Assembly: GCA_963755125.1 (NCBI GenBank)
Contig: CAVWIP010000001.1
Coordinates: forward strand, 64,001 to 128,000
Direction of reading: 5' to 3'
DNA from: an uncultured delta proteobacterium
GTDB taxonomy: Bacteria; Myxococcota_A; Polyangia; Fen-1088
DNA length: 64,000 nt
Shown: in pieces, positions 1 to 8,732 of the stretch
How the letters are laid out: every line of letters begins with the position of its first letter
Position numbering within the stretch: the first letter of the stretch is position 1
Made by a program: the position numbers and the translations under genes
Notes under the pieces: generated by a model
Databases searched by the model: none
Seen by the model: only the letters and a program-made list of their open reading frames with translations
Told to the model about the DNA's origin: nothing

Positions 1-111
1 GGCTCCACCAACGGCATCGACTACCGGGGCGAGCGCATCGAGGGCAAGAAGATCGAAGAAGGGGACGTGTTCTCGATTTGCGAGTACCAGTTGAAGTTCA
101 CGTACCGGTAG
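1..111 (+). CDS. 3' end of an FHA-domain protein (partial, runs off window start)
   Basis: Frame 1 reads GSTNGIDYRGERIEGKKIEEGDVFSICEYQLKFTYR*; GSTNG...GDV is the typical FHA C-terminal motif. Confidence 0.7.
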   Translation, partial: GSTNGIDYRGERIEGKKIEEGDVFSICEYQLKFTYR

Positions 112-132
112 GAGTCGACCGCTGCGCGGAAA

Positions 133-2295
133 ATGGCCGGCGCGATTGACCCGTCATTGCTCGACCAGCCGGTGACCGCACTGGCAGGAGCCGGGCCGGT
201 GACGGCGGCGCGCATGGCCGAGCGGGGCCTGCACAGCGTCCGCGACCTGCTGGCCCTCTTGCCGCTCGGGTACCAGGACTTCCGCGCGGTCCACCCGTTG
301 TCGGCACTCGCCAGCCTACCCGAGGGCCAGAGCGTGGTGGTGCGGGCTCGGGTGCAACAGGTGCGCCCGTTCTTCCGGCGCTTGCTTGATGTGTACCTGG
401 AGCAGGACGGGGTCAAGCTGCGGGCGCGTTGGTTCCGGCCCAATGCCGGCATGGTCAAGACCTACGCCAAGGGGAATCTCGTGGCGCTGGCCGGAAACTT
501 GCGGCGGGCCAAGGACGGTACCGTCGAGATCGTTCATCCCCGCAACGTCACGGCGCTGGTGGCCGCGCAAGGGGGGACGGGCAACCAATCCGGGTTGGGG
601 CTGCGACCGCGCTACCCGGAGGTGGAAAAGGTTCCCGGACGGGTCGTGGAGAAACTGGTCTGCGCGGCTGTCACGCAGGCGGCCGGGCTGGTTCCAGACG
701 TCTTGCCCGAAAGCGTGGCCAAGGGCTTCGGCTTTCCTCCGGTCGCCGAGTCGCTTCGTCAGGTCCATCAACCCGAGGCCTCGCTCTCCGACGACAAGCT
801 TGCCGAATTGCTGGCTGGCCAAGCACCGGCGCAGCGGCGTCTGGCCTTCGAGGATCTGTTCGTCGTGCAGGTCGGGCTGGCCATGGAACGCGACCGCACT
901 CGTCGCGCTGCGGGCTGGCGTTGTGACGTCGATGGCGAGGCAGTGTTGGCGTCGGCGCGAGCTGCGTTGCCGTTTGTGCCCACGTCAGCCCAGGAACGCG
1001 CGATGCGGATTCTGTTGGCGGACCTGACCCGGGCGACGCCCATGCAGCGACTGCTTCAGGGTGATGTGGGCAGTGGCAAGACCGCGGTGGTTTTTGCCGC
1101 GGCCTTGCTCATCGCACGTGCCGGCGGACAGAGTTTGCTCATGGCGCCCACCGAGGTGCTGGCCGAGCAGCACGGACGCACCCTCGCTGTCTGGGGCAGC
1201 AAGGCAGGCCTGAAGGTCGAGGTGTTGCACGCAGGACTGGAGGCGCAGCAGCGGCGCCGAGTGCTTGCTGCGATTGCGAGCGGTGCGACTGATCTGCTGG
1301 TGGGCACGCATGCGCTGCTGGACGAGAGTCTGAAAGTCAAGCGACTTGCGCTGGCCATCGTGGACGAACAGCATCGCTTCGGGGTGCGCCAGCGGGCCGC
1401 CTTGCGCCGGGCCGGGGGCTGGATTCCCGACGAGGAAACCGGCATGGTTCCCCACCTGCTGGTGTTGTCAGCCACGCCCATCCCCCGCTCCCTGGCCCTG
1501 ACCGCCTACGGCGATCTCGACCTTGTCACCCTCGACGAATGTCCGCCGGGCCGCCAGACCGTGGCGACCCACTTGGGCGTGGGCGAGGCTGCTCGCCACG
1601 AGGCTCTGGTCGGGGTCAAGGCGTCGGTTGCCGCCGGTGGGCAGGGCTTCGTGGTTTGCCCGGCCATCGTCGAGCAGAAGCAGGGCCGGCGCGCCTCGGT
1701 GCTGTCCCGTTTTCGCGAGCTGCGGCCGCTGCTGGCACCGGCGCGGGTTGGCCTCCTGCACGGACAGATGCCGAGTGAGGACCAGCAGGAGGTGGTCGCG
1801 GCATTTCGCGCCGGCAAGCTCGATGTGCTGGTCGCCACGACCGTGCTGGAGGTCGGCGTGGACGTGCCGCGTGCCTCGATCATCGTCATCGAGGATGCCG
1901 AGCGTTTCGGCCTGGCGCAATTGCACCAGTTGCGCGGCCGCGTGGGACGTGCAGGGCAGGCGTCCAGTTGCTACTTGCTCACCGGCGCGCAGGATCCCGA
2001 AAGCCTGGACCGGCTGGCCTTCGTGGCGGCAACCAGCGACGGGTTTCGCATCGCCGAGGAGGATCTGCGACGGCGCGGCCCGGGCGAGATCTACGGCGAC
2101 CGCCAAACCGGCGTCGTGGGTTTGTGGATGCGCGATCCGGCCGGCGTCGTGGGTCTGGTCGAACGGGCGCGCCAGCAAGCCGAGGCGCTGCTGGCCGAAG
2201 ATCCCAACCTTGTCTCGCCTGCGCACGCGGCGTTGCGCCAAGCAGTCGACACACGCTGGCTGCGCCGGCGGCCCATCGCCGAGGAAGCGGGATGA
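133..2295 (+). CDS. recG: ATP-dependent DNA helicase RecG
   Basis: QRRLAFEDLF, LLQGDVGSGKT, DEQHRFG, SATPIPRSL, QLHQLRGRVGR motifs; N-terminal wedge region. Confidence 0.96.
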   Translation: MAGAIDPSLLDQPVTALAGAGPVTAARMAERGLHSVRDLLALLPLGYQDFRAVHPLSALASLPEGQSVVVRARVQQVRPFFRRLLDVYLEQDGVKLRARWFRPNAGMVKTYAKGNLVALAGNLRRAKDGTVEIVHPRNVTALVAAQGGTGNQSGLGLRPRYPEVEKVPGRVVEKLVCAAVTQAAGLVPDVLPESVAKGFGFPPVAESLRQVHQPEASLSDDKLAELLAGQAPAQRRLAFEDLFVVQVGLAMERDRTRRAAGWRCDVDGEAVLASARAALPFVPTSAQERAMRILLADLTRATPMQRLLQGDVGSGKTAVVFAAALLIARAGGQSLLMAPTEVLAEQHGRTLAVWGSKAGLKVEVLHAGLEAQQRRRVLAAIASGATDLLVGTHALLDESLKVKRLALAIVDEQHRFGVRQRAALRRAGGWIPDEETGMVPHLLVLSATPIPRSLALTAYGDLDLVTLDECPPGRQTVATHLGVGEAARHEALVGVKASVAAGGQGFVVCPAIVEQKQGRRASVLSRFRELRPLLAPARVGLLHGQMPSEDQQEVVAAFRAGKLDVLVATTVLEVGVDVPRASIIVIEDAERFGLAQLHQLRGRVGRAGQASSCYLLTGAQDPESLDRLAFVAATSDGFRIAEEDLRRRGPGEIYGDRQTGVVGLWMRDPAGVVGLVERARQQAEALLAEDPNLVSPAHAALRQAVDTRWLRRRPIAEEAG

Positions 2296-4967
2296 GTGGT
2301 CGGTGGCAACGGACCCTGTGGGCGGGATTGCTGGGCGGCGCGTTGGCCGGAAGCGGGGATGCGCTGGTCACGTTTGCGGCCGCGCTGACCCGGCCGTCAG
2401 CCCTGGACGCACTCGCGCTGGGCGGCGCCGCCGGAGCCACGCTGGGGTTGGGCCTCGCCCTGGTTGCCGCGCTCCTTCATGCAGTCGCGGTGCCGCTGGC
2501 TGCGCGCGTGCGGCGGATCTCGTCGACGGCCCTGGTCGCGATGACCATGGCTGCGCCGCTGCTGGTCTACGATGCCTTTGCCCTGTTCGCCGGGGCCAAG
2601 GCCTCGCATGTGGCTGGCCATCAGGCGATCTCCATGGCGCTGGTCCTGCTGATGCTCGTGCTGGGGACGCTGGCAGGCGAGGTGTGGCACCGACTCCTGG
2701 TCTATTTCGAGCGCGCGCATGGCCACGGCCTCTTGGCCGTGACCGCGGGACTGGGCCTGGCGCTCGCGGCCGGGGCAGAGCAGGTCAATCGCGTGGTACT
2801 GCCCCGGCTCTATCCGTGGTTTCATCTGTCACTGGGGTTGCTCTCCGTGGCGGCCTGCGTGCTGGCGGCGCGGGTGGTGCTTCGCGGCCGGGTGTGGCGG
2901 CGCAAGGGTGCGACGTTGCTGGCGGCCGGGGCGCTGGCTGTGACTGGACTGGGAGCGCGCGAACTCTCGGTCATGGGCGCCAGCCAGAACCTGCGCTTTT
3001 TTGCCTACGAGAAGACCCAGGTGACCAGCCTGGCGCTGCGCCTGTTGCCGGCCCGACACACGCGGCGTCCAGGCACGGCCCGACCGGGCGCTCCCCTGGC
3101 AGCGGCAAGCCCTTTGCCCGAGGGGCCGCACCGGCCTGACGCCGACGTGGTTCTCATCACGGTGGACGCCACGCGCGCCGATCACGTGGGCGCCTATGGC
3201 TACGCCCGCTCCACCACGCCCAACATCGATGTGCTGGCCCGGCGCGGGGTGCGCTTCGAGCGCGCCTATGCCCAGGCCCCGCACACGTCGTTCTCGATCG
3301 CGTCGCTGATGACCGGCAAGTATTACCCGACGTTGGCGCGGCTGGCTCCGCAGAGCCAGCACGAGACACTGCCTCTGACCCTGCGCCGCTACGGATGGAA
3401 GACCGCCGCATTCTTTCCACCCGCGGTGTTCTTCATCGACGCGCAGAAGATGAAGACGTTCGAGGCGAGCAATTTCGACTTCGAGTACGTGAAATACGAG
3501 TATCTGGACGCCGAGCAGCGGGTCGAGCAGATCGACGACTTCTTCCGCAAGGAGAATCCGCGCAAGGTCTTTCTCTGGCTGCACCTGTTCGAGCCACACG
3601 AACCGTATCAGGCGCACAAAGGCTACGAGTTCGGCAGCCGCGACATCGATCGCTACGATAGCGAGATCGCGTACAGCGACGCGGTGGTGGGACGGGTGAT
3701 CGCGTATCTGCAGAAAGAGCGCCCCAACGCCATCATCGTGGTGGCGGCGGATCACGGCGAGGAATTCGACGAGCACGGCGGGCGCTACCACGGAACCACG
3801 TTGTATGACGAGCAGGTGCGCGTGCCGCTCGTTATATACGTGCCCGGCGTGACCCCGCACGTGGTGGCCGGTCCGGTGCAGCTCATCGACATCGCGCCCA
3901 CCATCCTGGGGTTGCTCGACCTGCTCGCGCCGGCGCGCATGCGCGGCACCGATCTGGGGCCGTGGCTGGTGGTGCCGCCTGCGTCTGACGAGCGCTTGCC
4001 GCCGGTGTTCGCCGAGGTGGAAGACAAGCGCATGGTGGTCAAGGGTCAGGAGAAGCTCATCTGCGACCTGGCCCGGGACTACTGCGCGTATCACGATCTG
4101 CGGGCCGATCCGCGCGAGGCGCGCGATCAGGCCGAGGCGCGACCGGAGCGAGTGGCGGCGCTGCGCCAGTTGCTGGATACGTGGCTCGACGAGCAGGCGC
4201 GCTTCGAGTCGAAACGCCTCGCCGGCGCAGACACGCCGGCCGCGCCCCAGGCCATCGAGCGCGGCCGCATGGGCGATGCGGATGCGGCGCCCGCGCTGGC
4301 GGCCATGCTGCAGTCACGGGCGCCGGTGGAACTGCGGCGCGAGGCGGCCCGTCTGCTGGTCGAGGCGTTGCCTGCCCGACAAGACGCGCGGTCGACGGTC
4401 ATCGCGGCCATGCAGGCGGCCGACGACGAAGAGGTACGCGACTGGGCCGCCGTCGCGGCGGTGCGCCTGGGCGAGGCGGTCGGTCGAGCACGCCTGCTGG
4501 CCATCGTCGCGCGGCCGGACGGCGAGACGTACCGGGCGTTGCGACTCCAGGCGGCGCTGGCTCTGGCGCAAGCCGGAGACGGCGCTGGCGTGATGGTGTT
4601 GGGTGAGGCACTGGATGCGTGCTCTGCCAATGAGGCGCTGTGCAAGTCGATCATCGTGGCCCTGGGCAAGCTGCGCGACGTACGTGCGGTTCCGGCGCTG
4701 ATCGCGCACCTGCCCGACGTGTTGACACGCGTGGAAGTCGTGCGGGCTTTGGGAGAGATCAGGGACGCCTCGGCCGAGCCCGCGCTGCTAGAGCGGTTGA
4801 AATCTGACGAATACGTGCCCGTGCGCGTGGCCGCCGCACACGCCCTGGCCCGCTTGGGCGGGGCGCGCGCGCTGCTGGCGCTCAAATGGTCAGCCAGTCA
4901 CGAAAAAGAACCGCGCATGGTCGAGGCCGCGCGGACCGCGCTGGCGGAGTTGCGACAGGGGCAGTAG
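2292..4967 (+). CDS. Membrane-anchored sulfatase-like hydrolase/transferase with C-terminal HEAT repeats
   Basis: ATG overlaps the recG stop (ATGA); hydrophobic N-terminus; LITVDATRADH, PHTSFSIASLMTG, EPHEPY, ADHGE, HG motifs; HEAT-like ALG.IRD...VRVAAAHAL repeats. Confidence 0.85.
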   Translation: MSGRWQRTLWAGLLGGALAGSGDALVTFAAALTRPSALDALALGGAAGATLGLGLALVAALLHAVAVPLAARVRRISSTALVAMTMAAPLLVYDAFALFAGAKASHVAGHQAISMALVLLMLVLGTLAGEVWHRLLVYFERAHGHGLLAVTAGLGLALAAGAEQVNRVVLPRLYPWFHLSLGLLSVAACVLAARVVLRGRVWRRKGATLLAAGALAVTGLGARELSVMGASQNLRFFAYEKTQVTSLALRLLPARHTRRPGTARPGAPLAAASPLPEGPHRPDADVVLITVDATRADHVGAYGYARSTTPNIDVLARRGVRFERAYAQAPHTSFSIASLMTGKYYPTLARLAPQSQHETLPLTLRRYGWKTAAFFPPAVFFIDAQKMKTFEASNFDFEYVKYEYLDAEQRVEQIDDFFRKENPRKVFLWLHLFEPHEPYQAHKGYEFGSRDIDRYDSEIAYSDAVVGRVIAYLQKERPNAIIVVAADHGEEFDEHGGRYHGTTLYDEQVRVPLVIYVPGVTPHVVAGPVQLIDIAPTILGLLDLLAPARMRGTDLGPWLVVPPASDERLPPVFAEVEDKRMVVKGQEKLICDLARDYCAYHDLRADPREARDQAEARPERVAALRQLLDTWLDEQARFESKRLAGADTPAAPQAIERGRMGDADAAPALAAMLQSRAPVELRREAARLLVEALPARQDARSTVIAAMQAADDEEVRDWAAVAAVRLGEAVGRARLLAIVARPDGETYRALRLQAALALAQAGDGAGVMVLGEALDACSANEALCKSIIVALGKLRDVRAVPALIAHLPDVLTRVEVVRALGEIRDASAEPALLERLKSDEYVPVRVAAAHALARLGGARALLALKWSASHEKEPRMVEAARTALAELRQGQ

Positions 4968-4976
4968 CCCGTCCGC

Positions 4977-6608
4977 TCAAGGGCAGGTCGAGTTGAGTGC
5001 GGACGGTGCCAGCGTGGTCGTCACGTTGGTTTGCAGGTACGACGGAGTGGCCGTGGTGATGTTCGCCGCCACGACGCCTCCTGCAATGCGTGCATTGATG
5101 GTCGCCGCGGTCTGGTTCGCCCAAGTATCGCCCTGGGCGGAAAGGCCGAAGCTTTCGTCGACCAGGATGGGTTTGCCAGTCACGGTGTGCAAGTTGGCAT
5201 AGGACGAGTTTCCGGCGTTCGCGCTGCTGCCTTGTCCCGTCGTCCATATCATGTCGTAGCTGGTGCCCAGGGCGGCCATGGCGGTATTGATCCCGTCAAT
5301 ATAGGAGGTCAATTGCGAGGAGCTGATCCAGGTCGAGTAGTCGATGGCGACGACGGCAGGGGGATCGTTGCACTTGATCGCCAGGGTGATCTGCGCGGCA
5401 AGCTGGCCGAGTTGCGCGTACGAGAGGGGAACCGTCTGCGACCCCTCCACCGAGTATTGAATGAAGTCTCCTTCGAGCAGCCAAATGATTGGCTTCTTGA
5501 AGGCGGCGTAGGTCTGTGCCGCGTACCACGCGTACGCCTTGACCATCACATTGTCGGCGCAAATCGTGGCCGGAGGACCCTGCGGACACGCGGCATTGTC
5601 AACCCCGAGAAGCAACGCTCCCATCCCGGTGGTCAAATTGGGCCCGCTGGACTGGTTCCCGTCGGGGAGACCATTGATGTGTCCGTAGTAGCCGATGAGG
5701 TAGGCGTAATAGGCGGGAACGACCGTCGAGGACGCAAAGGACTTGATCCAGCCGCTCTCGTCGAAGCCGTTAGAACCGAAAGTGCCATCGGCTTGGATGT
5801 TGTAGCCAGCCCAGTTGGAAATGAACTGGAGGTAACTCAATGAACTTGGATTCCCGCCGTTGACTCCCCAGGCGAACGTGCAGCCGAATGGATTCGCTGC
5901 CGGCGTTGTGCCTGTTCCGCAGGTGGATGGCGTTCCCCCGTCGGTGGGAGAACCAGCCGCGCCGCCGGCGCCACCCGCGCCTGTCGAACCTCCCGATCCC
6001 CCTGCGCCTCCTGAGCCACTCCCGCCACCCGCCCTAACACCACCCGTTGCCGTGGACCCACCTCTTGGCGAGGCGCCGCCCGAGGCTGTCGCACCGGCCG
6101 ATGCTGTTGCTCCGCCGGTACCGGTGGAACCGCCCGCGGACGCCGTGGTCCCGCCCGTCGCTCTCGTTCCTGCGGACGCCGTGGCGCCGCCCGCTGCGGT
6201 CAATCCGCCGGACGCTGTGGAACCACCTATGACCGTGGCGGCGGTGGAGCCGCCGTTCGTGGTCCGGCCCCCTGAGCCACTGGTGACGCTCGCTGTGGCT
6301 GAGCCGCCCGCAGGCTGAGTGCTTCCGCCCGGCGCGACAGTCCCTACCGTGGTCCCGGCCCCTGAGTTGCCGCCCGCGGCGGTCGACGTTGCACCAGCGA
6401 CAAGAGTCTGTCCGCCGTTGCTACTGGTGGCGCCGCCCACTGGCGTGACGCTGCTTGCACCACCCCCGCTGCCGCCTGTTGCGCCTGGTGAATTCGAAGA
6501 AGAGCAACCAGCCAGGAGTGCAACCAGCAGACCCGAGCCGAGTCCGCGCAGATCCAGATGATTCTGCAACCAAGTTCGTCGCCGTCGTGATGTCCAGTGT
6601 CGTTCCAT
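4977..6608 (-). CDS. Lipoprotein with long Gly/Ser/Thr linker and C-terminal putative glycoside-hydrolase-like domain
   Basis: LLAGC lipobox; ~190 aa G/S/T/A low-complexity linker; aromatic-rich globular domain with WLLEGDF and PILVDESFG motifs. Confidence 0.65.
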   Translation of the reverse strand: MERHWTSRRRRTWLQNHLDLRGLGSGLLVALLAGCSSSNSPGATGGSGGGASSVTPVGGATSSNGGQTLVAGATSTAAGGNSGAGTTVGTVAPGGSTQPAGGSATASVTSGSGGRTTNGGSTAATVIGGSTASGGLTAAGGATASAGTRATGGTTASAGGSTGTGGATASAGATASGGASPRGGSTATGGVRAGGGSGSGGAGGSGGSTGAGGAGGAAGSPTDGGTPSTCGTGTTPAANPFGCTFAWGVNGGNPSSLSYLQFISNWAGYNIQADGTFGSNGFDESGWIKSFASSTVVPAYYAYLIGYYGHINGLPDGNQSSGPNLTTGMGALLLGVDNAACPQGPPATICADNVMVKAYAWYAAQTYAAFKKPIIWLLEGDFIQYSVEGSQTVPLSYAQLGQLAAQITLAIKCNDPPAVVAIDYSTWISSSQLTSYIDGINTAMAALGTSYDMIWTTGQGSSANAGNSSYANLHTVTGKPILVDESFGLSAQGDTWANQTAATINARIAGGVVAANITTATPSYLQTNVTTTLAPSALNSTCP

Positions 6609-6740
6609 GGGGACTCCTCTCAGACCAGAGCCGGTGGTTCACGTGCGTCTTCGCGTCGTCTACCTCTTTCAGTAGCAGGAAAGGGTGTTTCTGGTCCATT
6701 CCCGATGCGGCACAAACTCAAAGTATCCGTCTTGTTCGGC

Positions 6741-6830
6741 ATGGCCAACGCGATCCACAAGAGAAGGATGGGAAGCTGCTATTGGCTAGGGCTGCGGACC
6801 GGAGATAACGGCATGAAGGCACTCGGTACT
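6741..6830 (+). pseudogene. Short relic of a GH5-like glycoside hydrolase C-terminus
   Basis: Translates MANAIHKRRMGSCYWLGLRTGDN, paralleling GSCYWPGLRNGD of the opposite-strand relic; 28/36 nt identical to the reverse complement of 6995-7030. Confidence 0.5.
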
Positions 6831-6892
6831 CGACGAAGCGGGCGGACGACGTAATGGCGATGAGCCGTGCGTTGCGCGTGCCCCGATTCTTG

Positions 6893-7186
6893 CTAGAGCT
6901 GCCAGGCCCAGTGCACGCGGTCGAGCCCGGAAACGTTGGTGACGGTCAGGGTGAGCGGGCTGCTGCCGGTGCTCAGCGTGGTCATGGAATAGCTGTCGCC
7001 GTTGCGCAGGCCCGGCCAATAGCAGCTGCCCAGGCCATCGCTGCGCATGACGTCTGCCACGGCTCGCACGTACGAGCGGTAGACATTACCGTCCGCGTTC
7101 AGGCTGTAGTCGATGCCGGTGGTCATCGGCGCGCCCCACTCGCCGACCAGGGTGCGCCCGGCATAGCCGCCGAGCGCCGTGGTCAT
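6893..7186 (-). pseudogene. C-terminal fragment of a GH5-like glycoside hydrolase
   Basis: RTLVGEWGAPMTTG (nucleophile-like strand) and GSCYWPGLRNGDSY; N-terminal part of the barrel is missing or frameshifted. Confidence 0.6.
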
Positions 7187-7529
7187 GCTGTCGGCCTGTC
7201 GGAAAATTGACGATGCATCAGCAGCCGGTGTACTCGTCGATCAATGATGCAAAGCAGTCGTTGAGCCATGGGGAAGCGCAGCAGGCACGTTTGGGTTGAG
7301 CTGTTCTTGTCCCCGAGATCGCCTTCTCGTAGGGCGGTCACATGCTCCAAACGGTTGTGTCGCACGGATGACTATTCGTGCGTTCGAATGTCGTTTTCGC
7401 GACAACGGTACGGGGAAGTAGGTCTTGCGGACCTGGCGGGCGGTAGGGTCACGTGCGAAACTTCGTGTTGACATGCGGCGGCCCAGCCCAAGGGTTTGCG
7501 GTTTTCTTCGGCGCAACCCGCCGCCCTGC

Positions 7530-7913
7530 ATGCTGGAACGGCTCGAATGGCCGCTCAGCAGTGGGCCGCAGCGGCGACCACAGCGGATCGATCTGCGAAG
7601 CATTCGGCCGGTGATCCATCTGGCCCACCGGGTGACCTATCCGCTTGTCCTCCCGGAGCGCGTGATCTTCGATTACGAGATCGTGCTCGTGCTTCGGGGT
7701 GAAGGGGAGTTCCTGACCGAGTGTTCCGTGCAGAGCTTCGCGCCGGGCGACCTGCTGGTGATTCCTCCTTACGTTCCGCACCGCTTTGCCGGGCTAGTCA
7801 GCCAATCGATCCGCGCCCAAGGACGAAACATGGATCATCTCGACTGGCCACAGCCGAATATCACGTTCCGGGAGGTCGTGCAGCTTTCGCTCTGCGACCG
7901 GGAGAGCGTCTAG
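7530..7913 (+). pseudogene. AraC-type cupin ligand-binding domain without HTH (probably truncated regulator)
   Basis: ERVIFDYEIVLVLRGEG...PGDLLVIPPYVPHRF cupin motif; stops after ~127 aa with no HTH; start uncertain. Confidence 0.55.
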
Positions 7914-7914
7914 C

Positions 7915-8664
7915 GTGTTGCGCATCATAATCAACGCCGACGATCTCGGGTTGAACAGCACCGTCAACCAAAGGATCTTTAGCTTGCTGGAACGCGGCCA
8001 GGTGACCTCGGCCACGCTTCTCATGAACGCGCCGGCTATTGAGGAGGCGGTGCAAGGACTTCGCCGATTTCCGCGGGCGTCCTTCGGCATCCATCTCAAC
8101 GTGACCGAGTTCGTTCCCCTCAGCAATCATCCCGGGCTCGCCATCTTGCGCGGGCCCGATGGGGCGCTGGCTAACAACGTCTTGAAGGTGCACCTCAATT
8201 GGGCCGCGTGCGAAGCGGTGTACCGCGAATGGTGCGCGCAAGTGGAGCGGGCGTTGGCGCTGGGGATCCCGGTGAGCCACCTCGACTCTCATCACCATGC
8301 CCACACCATCCCGGCGTTGTTCCTTGCCCTCAAGCGCCTGCAGATCCGGTTTGGCATCCGGCGCGTCCGGCTCACACGCAACGTGTACCGCTTGGGCGAA
8401 CGACTTCCTCTTGGCAAGCCCCAGGCGAAGGCAGCGTGGAACCTGGCGCTAGGCCGCGTCTACCGGACACGCACCACGGATGGATTCACCGACTTCGCAG
8501 CCTTCCACGCGCGTCTCGCAGCCGGCGTGCCCGTCCGCGGGACGTACGAACTAATGTGCCATCCCGGACACCCGAGATTCGAGGAGGAGACAAGCCTGCT
8601 CGAAACACCCTGGCTATCGACCTTGGCGCCGAACGCGCAACTCATCACCTACAACGATCTGTGA
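7915..8664 (+). CDS. ChbG/HpnK (YdjC) family carbohydrate deacetylase
   Basis: IINADDLG, GIHLN, SHLDSHHHAH, ELMCHPG motifs. Confidence 0.9.
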   Translation: MLRIIINADDLGLNSTVNQRIFSLLERGQVTSATLLMNAPAIEEAVQGLRRFPRASFGIHLNVTEFVPLSNHPGLAILRGPDGALANNVLKVHLNWAACEAVYREWCAQVERALALGIPVSHLDSHHHAHTIPALFLALKRLQIRFGIRRVRLTRNVYRLGERLPLGKPQAKAAWNLALGRVYRTRTTDGFTDFAAFHARLAAGVPVRGTYELMCHPGHPRFEEETSLLETPWLSTLAPNAQLITYNDL

Positions 8665-8732
8665 TGGTTGGCGGCGGCGGTTGGCATCCCTTGGTTACAG
8701 AGCAAGCACGAGGGAGCCGGGGTTCGTATAGC

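Noticed and set aside
5900..6500. Repetitive GC-rich tract
   Set aside because: Explained by the Gly/Ser/Thr/Ala linker of the minus-strand lipoprotein; the Pro-rich + strand ORF 5860-6318 is its shadow
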